A DNA stretch of 64,000 nt from Lytechinus pictus. Lineage: Eukaryota. The stretch is taken from positions 19,346,001-19,410,000 of the forward strand of contig NC_087245.1 in NCBI RefSeq assembly GCF_037042905.1, written 5' to 3'. The notes below the pieces were generated by a model. The model did not search any database, was not told the origin of the DNA, and saw only the letters and a list, made by a program, of their open reading frames with translations. Of this stretch, positions 13,401 to 28,400 are shown in pieces (the stretch's first letter is position 1; every line of letters starts with the position of its first letter). The position numbers were made by a program, and so were the translations under genes.

Positions 13401-16400
13401 CTGAAGGAGCACTTGCAGGACCAGGCCCAGCTCTGTTCTCAGCGCTGACTCTGAACTCATACTCTTCACCACGCATGAGACGAGTGACTCGGTGAGAGGT
13501 TACACCACTTGACACACTGGTCACCCTGGACCAATAGTTGCTTGATGTTTCCTTCTTCTCGATGATGTACCCTGAGACGGGAGCACCACCATCGGATTTA
13601 GGTGGATGCCATTCAAGTGTCACTGAATCAGAGGTGACGTTGGTAACAAGGGGCTTGCTTGGAGCATCAGGAACATCTGGTATAAAAAGGACATATATTG
13701 TAATATTCAAACAAAATATTCTGAAAATACTCCGAAACATACTTATGAAATATTGAAAATGATGGTGACAAGTTTCTTTGAGTTCTGCACAAATATATAT
13801 CAAACTGAAGTACTCACCATACTTCTTTTTCAGTTTGATAGTTTCCTTTGATTCAAGTGGCTCACTATCACCAATCTTGTTGATGGCAAACACTCGGAAG
13901 ACATAGGATGCACCCTCTTGTAGGCCAGTGACCCTAATGGTAGTATCCAGGGCATGTGCAGTTAGTCTGGTCCACATTGTCCTATCTTGCTCACGTCTTT
14001 CAATAGTGTAATGTGTGATTGGGGAGCCACCATCATCTGTAGGTTCTTTCCAGGACAAGAAGAGATCAGTGCTTCCAATATCTTTAGCAACTAGAGGTCC
14101 GCGTGGTTGATCTGGCCGATCTAGGACCTGGACACGGATAGTGATGGAATCACTTCCAGCTGCATTTGAAGCATTCAGGGTAAATGATCCTCCATCTTCC
14201 CTCACACAGTTTTTGATAGTGACAATGGTATCTCTTTCTGTTGTGTCAATCTTCACACGAGAGGATGGTTGAAGGGTGGAGCCATCTTTGGTCCACTTGA
14301 CAGTAGGCCTAGGACTAGCTTTGAAGGGTATATCAAGGTTGAATGTAGTCCCTACTCTAACTACCATGGTGTCATGGTACTTGTAGGTATCCAGCTTTGG
14401 TGCAACTGTAGGATGTTAAAATATGATACATCCAATGGTGAACAAAATTAATTAGATAAAATTCAATGAACAATTTTATATTATTCGAACTAATATTTAT
14501 CAAACCTGTATAATGGGGGATTTCTTAATAAGCAAGTATCTGACTGTATTAAATCATTACTCAATTCATACAGCTATATTACATACTTTCTAGTCAAGCA
14601 CTACTCACCAGCCATGCCAACAGAATCAGTTGGGTTTGTAGGTTTGCTCGTTCCTGCAGCATTGCACGCAACAACCCGGAACTGATAGGAACCTGTCACC
14701 GGAAGGTCATGGATATCCATTTTAGTCTCCCGGATAGGGTGAGAGTTGACAGGTAACCAACGCGTGCTGAAACGATCAGCACGTTCTACAATGTATCCAG
14801 TGACTGGGCTTCCTCCATCTGAAGTCGGAGGAGACCAGTTCAATGTCAGAGATTTGGCAGTGACATTGGAGATGGTAGGCTCTCCAGGTTGAGATGGTAC
14901 ACCTGAATGTGCAATAAGAGTCAAGATAAAGACGTAAGACCAGAGTGTTAGGTTAAACAAAATTATCCATCTTTATAGCTGAAATCGTTCAAAAATCTTG
15001 CTCATAAGTACACAGACCCAGTAACTTTGCATACACTAAACTTATCATTAGAAAAAAATCATCATATCTTTAAAAGTACAGAAAAGGCAACATACGTATG
15101 TGACCAGATTATAATTTGTTGATAAAAAAATTTGATTGAAACCAATTATATGACCATATACATATTTTTGTGATAATGATAACTTGCTGAACCTACTGAA
15201 TTTTGACTTGGCAGTGGCTAACTCAGATCCATCACTGGGCGGTCCAAGACCTGCTTTGTTCATAGCCATGACTCTGAACTCGTACTGTGCTCCTTCTTTC
15301 AAGTCTTTCACAGTGAATTCTGTATGTTGGATGGATTGTGAAGTACATGGCAACCATCGCACGGAGTAGGCATCCTTCTTCTCCAGTACGAATCCTGTGA
15401 TGTGGCTGCCTCCATCTGATTCTGGAGGGTTCCATTGAAGTGTCACAGTGGTCTTGGTAAAATCAGTGATAACTGGTGGTGATGGTTTTCCTGGAACATC
15501 TGTTAGGAAACAAAATTTTTCCTTACTTGAATAAAAGTTTCACATCACTGCATTATGATAATTTCTTTGAATTATGCATCATTCCTATTAATAACATAGG
15601 CTAAACTTAACATCAGAGTAAAAATTGTAGTAAAATGGTCATCATCTCAAAGCAGATAAGACCTTCCATTTATGGGAAAATAAGTTTACACTCATTAACA
15701 AAGATTTAATTATTAGAATAATCTCTAAACAGAATTAGGTTTCCTAGTATCTTTGCAGCTACAGGAAGAACAATTCACACTGAAACGTACCATAAGGAGG
15801 TTTCACAACTACAGAGTTGGTTGGTTCACTTGGCTGGCCAAAGCCCTTCTTGTTCGCAGCTACCACTCTGAATTCATACTCCGATTTCTGGGTGAGTCCG
15901 GTGACCGTGAAGATGGTATCACCTACCGGTGTATTGTTTACTGGGGTCCAGCGGAGTGCAAGTCTCTCCTTCTTCTGGACAACGTATCCAGTGACAGGAG
16001 AACCGCCATCACTGCTTGGAGGACGCCATTTCAGAGTTACTGACGTTGCCTTTACTTCTGTGATCTGTGGCTTGCTTGGGGCTTCAGGAACATCTAAAAC
16101 ATACACGATGAAAACATTTATTGGTTTATATTTTGTATTGAATAAATCTATACTGATGCTTCAATTCTCAAGTAGTTTTATCATTCATTTACTTAAACAA
16201 GTGGAATGCCTCTGGCCGTCTCACCTGCATCACGCGATTCAATATAGCAGCAGTGCTGATTTTGAAAACTACTATAACTCGCACAAGATGTTCAGTGATA
16301 CTTGGTTACTCTTATTTCCACGTTTTATGAACTAGACCAGGGATTCTCAAATGGTGGCGCGCGCGCCACTTGTGGCGCACCGAGCCTTGCGGGGTGGCGC

Positions 16401-19400
16401 TTGGGAGCTGGTATAAAAAAAAGTAAAAATAAGGAAACATTGGGGAGAAAAAATGTATCTACCAGTAACCTGGAAATAAGGATTTGGTGATCATTTTAAT
16501 ACAAAGAAAAAACAAAAACTTTTTACTTGACACTTAATTGCTAATTTATTTCCTCATTTTCCCCCCAATTTAGCACTCGATAACCCCCATTATAGAGGAT
16601 CGATGGTGTTCTCCTTTTTATTCATTCTATGCTGTACAAAGTTTATGTGCCACACAAGTGATTTGAAAACCCCGTTTGTAGGATTTCTATTTCAACGGCG
16701 AGAAATTTTGCATTTCCAGAGTATACGTTTTGGTTAAGAGTTAAACATCAAATAATGTGATACTCAAAGAACATCCTGATCATAAAAAAATTATGAATTT
16801 GAGACATAACAAGCAGAAACTTTGTTTCCGGAGCCGATTAAAATCTGAAGTTGTAAAAGTAAAATACTATGCTCAGATGTATTGCCTGCCGAGCTTGCCT
16901 GCATGCACATGGATGATACTGCACGTGAGTTGTAGAGAGAAAGGGGCAGTTTGGAGCGCTAGTGCAGTGCAACGCCTAATTTTCAGCCCTTGCAAATCGG
17001 GGTATGTAACTTCAGCCACTGGCGTACAGATGGGGGTGGTGATGGGGGGGGGGGGGCAAATGTTTCACGGCCGAGATAAAAAAAAAAAAAAGGAGAAAAG
17101 GAAAGAAAATGAAAGGGAAAGAGTGGAATATTGTATTATTATCTTAATATTATGTCAAAATATATATTTTTATATTGAAAAGTTCAATATTTTTGCTTCA
17201 GCTGCCATATCTAGCCCCCTCATTTTTTTTTTACTCATTACACCACTTGCTTCAGCCAATAGATCTGGTGCAGAACAGTCTGAACTAGTGGTATAATTGT
17301 ATGTTGTGAAAAAGTCACTGGTCATTTTTCTTTTAATATTAATATTGTACAGTTTGTTGGCATTTGTATTTCTTCTGTTGATATTAATTAGAGCCCCTCT
17401 GGCCAATTTAAAAGGCCTCATATTCCAAAACTTCTGGGGGCTCTGCCCCCTCGACCCCCAACAGGGGCCTCTGGACCCCCTCCGCTGATACATTGCTGGT
17501 TTGCGTAATGGATAGTGGAGCATTACAGATTCTCGACAAGAAATGTGGCGCTTCCAAAAAAGTAATTGAGAAAGGCTGAACTAGACCAATACACTTATAG
17601 AGATATGATGGCAATTCAACAAATACCCCCAACGTGGCCAAAGTTCTTTGACCTTACATGACCTTTGACCTTGATCATGTGACCTGAAACTCGCACAGGA
17701 TGTTCAGTGATACTTGATTACTATTATGTCCAAGTTTTATGAACTAGACCAACACACTTTCAAATTTATGGCTGTAATTCAACAAATACCCCAATTTGGC
17801 CAAAGTTCATTGACCCTAAATGACCTTTGACCTTGATCATGTGACCTGAAACTTGCACAGGATGTTCAGTAATACTTGATTACTATTATGTCCAAGTTTC
17901 ATGAATCAGATCCATAAACTTTCAAAGTTATGATGGTAATTCAACAGATACCCCCAATTCGGCCAAAGTTCATTGACCCTAAATGACCTTTGACCTTGGT
18001 CATGTGATGTGAAACTCATGCAGGATGTTCAGTGATACTTGATTAACCTTATGTATAAGTTTCATGAACTAGGTCCATATATTTTCTAAGTTATGATGAC
18101 ATTTCAAAAACTTAACCTTAGGTTAAGATTTTGATGTTGATTCCCCCAACATGGTCTAAGTTCATTGACCCTAAATGACCTTTGACCTTGGTCATGTGAA
18201 ATGAAACTCAGGCAGGATGTTCAGTAATACTTGATTAACCTTATGGCTGAGTTTCATGAACTAGGTCCATATACTTTCTAAGTTATGCTGTCATTTCAAA
18301 AACTTAACCTCAGGTTAAGATTTGGTGTTGACGCCGCCGCCGCCGCCGCCGTCGCCGCCGTCGCCGTCGGAAAAGCGGCGCCTATAGTCTCACTCTGCTA
18401 TGCAGGTGAGACAAAAAACAACTTTTACAAGACAGATACTTCTGTTTTAGTGAGAAACTTACCGTAGGGTGACTTAGCCACCTTTGGCTGGGTGGGGTTA
18501 CTTGGCACACTCTGGCCTGCTCTATTGGTAGCCAGGACTCTGAACTGGTATTCATTACCCTCCTTCAAGCCTGGGATCTTGCAGGTGGTGTCTGTGACCC
18601 TCTCTACAGGTGTCCATCGGGCAGTGTAGGGGTCCTTGCGCTCTACAATGTACCCAGTGATGGCGGAACCACCGTCTCGGGAAGGTGCAGCCCATGTAAG
18701 AGTAGCAGAGTCCTCAGTGATACTGGTGATGGTTGGCTCAAGAGGTGCAGATGGTGCATCTAAAAATAAATTATATGAAATATTACATTACATTATATAT
18801 CATATAATATTTTCTATATCATATTGAATTAAAATCCAAATTGAGAATACTTACAGAAATGAAACATACTGAACATTAATAATAATTTTGAAAGGTGTTT
18901 TTCTGCACTGTTTTATAAACATGTAAAAATATAGGTATATTGAGAAATTTTATTAGGTTTCTTGACATTAGATTGTAAAACATACACTATTATTGAACTG
19001 ATATTTATGAGAATTGTGTATCTTCCTTTTAAAGTTAAATGAATTACTTTGTGAAATGAAAAGAGGAAGTAGATTTACCAACTGGATCCTTGATGATGGT
19101 TGGTTTGGTTGAGTCACTTGCACGACCGATACCTGCTCTGTTCTCAGCACTGACCCTGAACTGGTACTGTAGGCCTTCTTTGAGGTCTCCGACAACCATT
19201 TTTGGGTCTGTGACTGGAACTCTGTTGACACGTGTCCACCTGGTACTGTACTGATCCTTGCGTTCTACAATGTATCCGGTAACTGGAGAACCACCATCAG
19301 AGAAGGGAGGACTCCATTCAAGAGTGGCAGAGGATGCTGTAGTTGCTGTTACTTGCACATTTTCTGGTGAATCAGGAGTGTCTAAATGAACAAAAAAGAA

Positions 19401-22400
19401 TCGGATATGTCTTTAAACAGGAAAACAAAATTATGCATGAGGGAAAAGGCAATTAACTTTAAATCTTTGCCTATTGGATCTTACTAAGTAGGGAGATTGG
19501 TCAAATTATTAACAATTTTTTTTTTACACGACAGTTTGCATCTCCTGAAGGTTTTTACCTTCTGCTCTTGTTGGGTTTTGTTATGTAACATTAATTCATT
19601 TTAATGTTCATGATATAATAGTATTCCATTTACAGAAAAATCAAATACTATTTCAAACATCAATATTATAAGCTTACCAAAAGGAGGCTTTGCTATGATG
19701 GGCTCGGTATTGTCGCTTGGTCTTCCAAGACCAACCTTGTTCTCGGCAATGACCCTGAACTGATACTCATCATTTGGCTTCAACCCAGTCACCTTGAAAC
19801 TTGTGTTGCTGACTGTCTGGCGGTTGATCTTTGACCAACGGAGTCCAAACTTGTCTCTGGCTTCGATGACGTAGTTGGTGATTGGACTGCCTCCATCACT
19901 GACAGGAGGGGTCCATTCAAGAACCAGCTCTGTGGAGTCTATGTTGGTTGCTGTTGGACGACCAGGTGCACTGGGAGCATCTGCAAAAACAGATCATTCA
20001 TAAGGATTAAATTGTCAATAATCCACTAAAAAGTAATTCATCAAGTACTGTACGAGAAATGTATGTCCATATTTAGTGAAATACATTTGTTTGAAACATT
20101 ACACAGAATGAAATACATAGTGATCAATAAATCCTTTAGTAGATCCAGAATAATTTTGGAGACAGATTAGCCAAAAATATGATATGAATAGAGCACTTTT
20201 GAAAAAGACTATTATTGATTTATGATTATTTGGTACAGCTAAGAACAGATATGAGGCATAATTACCATATGGTGACTTGGCAACTCGTGGCAGAGACACC
20301 TCGCTTGGTTTGCCAACACCTGCAGCATTCTCTGCGGTGATCCTAAACTCGTACTTTCTATCCTCGGTCAGGTCATTGACCTTGAAGGTTGTCTCCTTGA
20401 CCGGTGCACGGTTGACACGGACCCAGCGACCCACTGGACTTTCCCTCTTCTCCACGATGTAACCGGTGATGGTGCTGCCACCGTCTGATGCCGGTGGCTC
20501 CCATGAGAGTGTCATGGATGAAGGTGTGATGTCTGAGATGGAGGGTGGGCTTGGTGCATCAGGTACACCTGTAGTTAAAACAGACAATGATGTTTAGCAT
20601 TAGGAAATTGTCCACTTATCAGATACCTTCATCACACTCATTCCAACAGATAATTGTATACATTTAATCTTTCTGAAGAAAACCATAGGATATTTTAAAG
20701 AAAAGAAATCATACCATATTGTGCCTTTGCAGTGAATCGTTCACACGGTGCACTTGGCTTCCCAACTCCTGCAGCGTTGACGGCGCTGACCCTGAACTCA
20801 TAGTCGTTACCTTCCTGAAGTCCTCTGAGGGTGAAGTCTGTGGTATTAGCAGGCACCTCCTCAACCTTGACCCAACGAGTAGAATATTTGTCCTTCTTGT
20901 CTATCACATAACCAGTGATGGGTGATCCCCCGTCTTGACGTGGGGCTGACCAGGTCAATGTGGCACTGTTTGGAGTGATGTTGTACACGTCTGGGGAATC
21001 AGGTGGAGGAGGTGGGTCTGTTTGAAGATAAAAATACATGTTGTTGAAAATCGAAATTTTTCCATTTACCAACTATTGTTTCAAATACAATATAATGTTG
21101 AAGTCATACCCAATATTATATCATTAGCAGTTTTGAAAAATTCAGTCAATTATAAATGGCATATCATTTGTCTTGGCATAGATATTAGATATTGGAATGT
21201 GAAAAATAGGGTTCTAGATTTTGATCCCCTTGTGGTCTTTGGCAAACCAATTATAAAGGAAGAAAAACATATAAAAATCTTGTCATTTCAGTCAATGGTG
21301 CATTTGTTTCATATGTTTCTAAAAAGTTCTTTGTAATGATATTGAAAATTTGAAAGACTTTTAGCAATAATGTAGGGAAAATTATATGAAATGAAGACTA
21401 AGAGACTACTTGCTTGTCTTCTGTATTCCTAGTTTACATGCTTACCATAAGGTGGCTTGCATGTAACAGGGCGAGACGGTTTGCTGAAGTCGCTACGTCC
21501 TGCCTTGTTAATGGCTGCAACTCTGAACTGGTACTCGGAGAACTCCTTCAGTCTGTCAGCGGTGTATGTAGTATCCGGTACGCTGCTCTCGATCTTCACC
21601 CATCGCATGGTTGCATCACTCTTGGACTCAATGGTGTAGCCGGTAATCTTGCTACCACCATCATAAGATGGTGGCCGCCAAGAGATGGTAATGGTGGTTG
21701 CAGTGACATACTCCACCTCAGGTTCATCGGGGATGCCTGGAGTAGCTGTAAGAAAGAGATTGCAGCAATTAATAAAAGTTGGAAGGAAACTAGGGAATAA
21801 AATTGTTTATTGTGTGAGAATTGTTGACTGGGTTTTTTATGTCTGATAACACATTGTATACTTTATGCAAATAATTTTAGAAAATCTTAGTCTACTAGTA
21901 AAGATAATCAAATTACAATAATGAATTAAGAAAGAATAAATCTGATCATAAACAAATAGTTTGTCAAATCATGTTGAACTGCAGACAAGTTGATGATAAT
22001 ACGAAGGTAAAATCACTATTACAATAAAGCATATCAAAATGTCATCACGAAATAAATAGACGAAAAATTACACTTTTTTTTCTTTCCTCTTCTCATCTCT
22101 TTTTTAATTAATACATTGTTTCATATATGAGTATGGTATACTTACTGTAAGGTGGCTTAGCAGTGAAAGGATGTGAAACCTGGCTTGGGCGTCCCAGGCC
22201 AGCTTTGTTTTCTGCAATCACTCTAAACTCATACTCTGCTCCCTGTCTCAGGTTAGGCACCACGCAGGAAAGACTGGTGATGGGTGACCGATTGACCACT
22301 GTCCATCCACTCCGGCCAGGCTCTCTCTTTTCAATGATGTAGCCTGTGATAGGACTGCCTCCATCGGTTTTGGGGGCTGACCATGTCAGGGTCATCGAGT

Positions 22401-25400
22401 CTGCGGTAATGTTGCTGACATCAGGGGTTGTGGGTGAGTCGGGGACATCTGCAAGATGAAAGTTGTGTGTTGTTTAATATCATTTAAGCCAAACATGCTA
22501 TCATTATATCCCAAATAGATTATCAAGCTTTATCAGTGTTACCGCTTGGTGTCTCTTCCGCTGGGCGGCATTGAAACAAAATACTTAATTTGTTAAAAAG
22601 TGCACATGTTTCAGATTAAAATTATACTTATTTCCCACACTTGATATTTTTAGACAGCTTAATTTTATAATGAAATGATAGGTTTATGGTGCTTTTCAAA
22701 TATAACTGGTAGATTCTTCCAACTATACAACCAAACAGTGCTGCCAACCAGGAAACAAAGTATAAAACTATTGACATAAACATTATCCAAAAGAATTGCA
22801 ATATCTAAACAAAAGAAATACAAACTGTAAAAAAAAAAACCTGCAAAAATAATTGAATCCCAAAACATAGCACTACCTACAATTCTATTTTTTTTCTATT
22901 CCATAATAATTGCTTCATTAAATCCAGGCAGGTAACAACCAAAATACAAATTTGACTGACCATAGGGTTCCTTGGCTTTGGTGGGTCGTGTTGGCTCGCT
23001 GAATTTACCAATTCCAATCTTGTTCTTAGCAGCTACTCTGAATTCGTAGTCATTGCCATCCTTGAGCCCTGTCACTGAAAATGTGGTCTCTGTGAAGTCA
23101 TAGCGGCTAATCTGGACCCATCGGGTCGAGAACTGCTCTCTACGCTCCACGATGTAGGTGATGATTGTTGAGCCTCCATCAGTTTCAGGTGGGGCCCAGC
23201 GGAGAGTCATGTTGGTCGAGGAGATGTCTGAGATGGATGGGGTGCCGGGAGCACTTGGTACATCTAAGTGTTAGACAAAATTAAAGTTTTGTTGTTGTTG
23301 TTGTTGTAAATAAGAGATTTGATTTAATTTTATAAGCAATAATTCCGTCTTATACAATCAAGTAGTAAAAAGAAGAGCCCCGTTTGTCATAAACTCATCA
23401 AATTATTATCATCTTACATCCTATTTTTCTATAAAAGTATAATAAATAGTATGTATTTTGCAAAACAAATGATTTCTACCACACACATGTATACAATGAG
23501 TTTTAACTTTTGAAATTATTGAAATTATTAACATCAGGGCTCATTTACAATGCACTTACACTGTAAAAAATATGTTTCCAGACGCTAATGCACCAATATT
23601 GTAGCATCTATATACTAAAGTAAAGTTTTTACACAAGATAAACTGCTCAAAGAACAATACAAAAAATTCTTAAATTTGTTATCTTTTGCATCACTTTTAT
23701 GAATTATTTGCTTACTGAATGGTGATTTTGCCTTCACTGGGTAGCTGGTTGGACTTGGTTTACTACGGCCAGCATCATTTTCTGCAACAACTCTGAACTC
23801 GTACTCTGTTCCTTCAGTCAGTCCCGTTACCTATGTTATGACAAATTTATGGTTCAGATAAATGTTGTATGAGATATTGAAAAACTTTAGTACTTAAAAC
23901 TGCTCACTGACCTTTCATTTTAAGATTTTATGAAAGAAATGATTGAATATGTGGAAATTAATATGTAGTAAACAAAGGTGTACATAGGCTAGATCAGAAG
24001 AAGATTCTGAATGGTTTTGAGGCTGTACGTACCAAATTTCTGAAGGGTGGTTTTAATTAATATTTGACAGGGAAATAATAGATTAATGTAATCTTGACAA
24101 TCAGATTAATTATCCCCAATCTCATTCAACTGCATTTCAAGAAGAATATCAATAGATGTGAAATGAGAGAACAAAAAAAGCAAATGATATATCATCTAAC
24201 CTTGAGCTTGGTATCCTCCGTGGACTCATAGTTGACCGGACTCCACCTGCGAGACATACGGTCCTTCATCTCAACATAGTATCCGGTGATACGGCTTCCA
24301 CCATCAGAGAATGGCGGGGTCCATGTCAGGGTCAAGGATGTCTCAGCAATATTGCTTGCCTCAGGGGCACCCGGTGCTCCGGGTTCGTCTATGGGTAACA
24401 AGCAATATGTTATTCCATGCTCACATCTTAAAAATTGGTGCATGACTATTCATACATGTGAATAAATATTGATATCATTCATGTTTATCCATTTCATTAT
24501 TTTAAGCTTTGTAATGTTGAATTCTTTTTTATAAAAAAACAAAAATGATTTTCACCAATATAACGATATAACATCTCAACATATGAAAAAAATGAAAACC
24601 TCATTGAGAAGGGTGTTTAAATCCCCTATTTAAAACATTGATAGTTAATATTAGTACAATGATGAGCTGTGTTCCTGCTTTATTCGAAGTATACTGCTAA
24701 AATCTGCTAGCAATCACCAACAGATCTTCTCACAGAGGTCACATTTGATAGACATATTCTAAGGTAATTAATCAAAATAATGGAAAAAGAATAGTAAAAA
24801 ACAAGAATGCATGGTAATTCCTTTGGGTGTTTAACATGTGAGTAAACTTGAAACAATAACCTGAAATAGACAACGCAAATTTGTTTTAAAGTATAAGCAA
24901 TAAATATAATGCATTTTGCTAGAGAAAATGAATATGAGATATAAATCAATAATATTTCATAGTATGCAGCCATATTCACTTTGCGTCCGACAGCCATATA
25001 AGAATTGAAATAAAAAAAGTGCAAATGAGCAAAATAATTTCAATAATTACTTTTCAAATAATATTGTAATTAATTATCAGTAAATTTTTTGCAAAGCTAA
25101 GAAAAAAAAAAGTTATTATTCCAGGGGCCATGGAAACCGGGGGGGGGGGGGGGGATAGGTGGGGCTCTTTTTTCCTATACCGTGTACAAAAACGTAAAAA
25201 TGACCATCTGATTATGATGTTTTGCATGGTCAGCCCCCCCCACTTTTAAAACCGTTCCGAGGCCCCTGTATTCAAGCACAGCATATTATTTCAAGAATAA
25301 ATATGTATATAGCAAATAAATATACACAAAAACCAATTATTTTTATAATGAACTTATTTTGTAAACACAAGGTAAAACGTACATAGAGTCTCTAATCAAT

Positions 25401-28400
25401 CTAAGCTTTAGAACCAATTATAAATTATAAATTTGCACTCTCATTAACTATTTGCAGGCTGAATTAATTTAATAGGAAGATAATAACAATTGTTTCCATG
25501 TTATTTTCTTTAATTCAAGATTTCCGTATTGTTCAATTGATACTTATGATTATTATAATAGATGTTATCCAAGAACTATTGTAATTTATAAGCTTCTTTA
25601 ATATGTATGTAGAGGAGAAAACTAATTACAATTTTTGAATTTTATTGTATGATTGTGCAAATTTGCATCATCAGCGTGCAAAGGGTTAATGTACACTTAC
25701 AACTTGAAGTTATACAAGTCCCTGCTTTATCTTTTTTTGATAATTGAATTGATTATCAAAAAGAATGAAAATGAATTTTAACACTCTACCTAAAATATCA
25801 TAGATAGGAAAGTGCTTGGTTTTGTGCAATTAGTATAAATCATGAAATAAACACGTGGAAAGACACAATATGCCCTTCAAGGTAATCTATAAATTGACAG
25901 GTAAATTAAAACATTTACCAAAAGTCAGTATGTGGCTCTACTAGACTGTTAAAAGAATGTTTTTGTTTGATTATTGTGTTATCGTTTTTGCATTATCATA
26001 AGAAAATTGCAACCAACAAAAGTAGGATTAGATTTTAGATATAAAAACAGAACTCCTCATACATGGCTTACCTTCTTTTTGTTGGCAAACTAAAGTAGAA
26101 CATCAAATGAAAATATCCAGATTATAAAATATAGTATTTATTACAATATTGTATAATGCAATTGTGTATATTACACTGCCCCTCAATAGAACATGTACAT
26201 AGAAAACAAATATAACCCTTTGGATAAACATAAAGATAAACACCAGACCAATATCAGTATTCTATAATTCAAGATATTGAGCTAATTGAAACAAAATTAT
26301 AGAATTGCTTTTACAAGAATGTAAGGTAGGCCTAATATGGAAATATATGAGAGCTTTCATAAATGATGGTTTCCTTTGAATTCTTAGTCAATAGACATTG
26401 ATACTGCCTCATGTGGTACTGAATCTTAACCAAGTCTTAATGGGGTGGAAAATAGTACTTACTGAATGGCGATTTAGCCACAGTTGATTGTGTAGGTTCA
26501 CTTGGTTTGCTAGCCCCGGCCTTGTTCTGTGCCACCACCCTGAACTGATACTCTTCACCAGGGACGAGACCTGGAACAGTGAACTTGGTATCTGTCACTG
26601 CATCGTGGTTGACCCTGGTCCAGCGTGGGCTGAACTTGTCCTTCTTCTCGATGAAGTATCCTGTGATAGAGCTTCCGCCATCGTCCCTGGGAGGAGACCA
26701 GGTCAAGGTGACGGAGTCGGCCGTGACGTTGGTGATCTCGGGTTCGTTTGGAGCTGCAGGTTGGTCTGAAATAGAGCATTGGAAGTTATTTCTGATTCCA
26801 AACAACAATTATGGTATAATCACAATTACTTTGGCTATTTGCAATGACCCTTAATGAACCGTTTAGTAATTGGTGATATATTGTTGAGCATACTTAGATT
26901 CATCTGTAGAGTATCACCAATGACTTTAAAAAAGACCTGAAATATCTTTCACAGCTTAATCAATATATACCTAATAAAAAAAAAACTTATGTATTTGCAT
27001 GATTCTGACATTTATCAAACAGTGAGGATGACTTACTGTATGGTGGCTTAGCAGTGACCTTCTGGGTTGAGTCACTTGGTTTCCCAGCACCAATCGTGTT
27101 CTCTGCTGTCACTCGGAACTCATAGCTGTCACCTTCGGATAGATTCGTCACTTTGAACTTGGTACTGAGAACCTGCGTGCGATTGACCCTGGTCCAACGA
27201 CCATACCGATCACGCAGTTCTATGAGGTAGTTGGTGATCTCTGTACCGCCATCAGAGGATGGTGGTGTCCAGGTGAGGACCAAAGTTGTTCCAGTGATGT
27301 CAGAGATCTTTGGTGTTCCTGGCGCTGATGGAACATCTGCTCGTGAAGAGTGAGATAAAGAGATATATCAAACTACAAATCACTGACAACACATGTTTAT
27401 ATAACAGGTATTATGAAATGGTAAAAATATGCATGTAAATGAAACAGGAAATATCAAAAAGTGTTTGCAAAGTCCAAATAATGATTTGCATAAATCCCTA
27501 CATGCCTAATCAAGGAATAATCATTTGTCATCTTCGAAACCTGATACACAATCAGCACAAAATTAGGGAATGGTAAACAAAAAAATATGAACAAAATTAT
27601 CTTCTTAAATGAACTAAGTACATGCGTTCATCATCTACAGTTGTCAGACAGGCCAAACTTATTACGGTAACAAAGTAAAAAGTTGTGTCAAATCACTAAC
27701 CAAATGGACTCTTTGCAATCACAGTTCCCGTAGTTTCGCTGAATGGTCCGACCCCAGCCTTATTTTCAGCTGCCACTCTGAACTCGTACTCCCCGCCTTC
27801 TGTCAACTCGCGCATGACATACTGCGTATCGTGGATAGTCTCGCGGGTGGCACGTGTCCAACGGACTGAGTACCTGTCCTTCTTCTCGATGTGGTAGCCG
27901 ATGATCGGTGAACCACCATCGGACCAAGGTGGAGACCAGGCAAGTGTGATCTGCTTGGAATCGATGTTGGTGATATCTGGCTTGGCTGGAGCATCGGGAA
28001 GACCTGGTTAGAAAGATATGATTGTTGTTTATTACAAGAGTAGTATATTGATGATTGGCTCATATTTAGTAAGGGTTTTTTTACTTAGAATCAACTTGAA
28101 TGTGAATTTTGAAGCAGATGCTCTGAAAAAGTGATTAAAACTTGGTGAGAACATTTAAATCTCTTAAAAACATGTTGAGGATTTTTCTTCAAATGTGAGT
28201 ACCAGCCTCATGCCAAATGAATGTCTACAAAGACTGCAATGACCTTACCATAAGGTGGCTTGGCAATGTGTGCCTTTGATGGCTCACTTGGCTTGCTCTC
28301 CCCTGCAGCATTGTGCGCCACAACCCTGAAGCAGTACTCGGACTTCTCCCTCAACTGGTCTACGACAAGACTAGTCTCTTTGAGTGGTACACGGTTGACA

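Noticed and set aside
13363..14367. 334-aa ORF read as a single exon
   Set aside because: It reads through a 141-nt stop-free GT-AG intron (13677-13817) whose translation is non-domain and hydrophobic; retention is possible but unsupported
16757..17641. ORFs inside the nested hAT element as a transposase
   Set aside because: Low-complexity translations without recognisable DDE, BED or dimerisation motifs
17581..18320. Regular repeats as a CRISPR array
   Set aside because: Eukaryotic context; whole ~163-bp units are homologous with no unique spacers and no cas genes
25701..25945. Other AG...GT mini-segments (25701-25721, 25919-25945)
   Set aside because: The first has a purine-rich acceptor; the second has an in-frame stop
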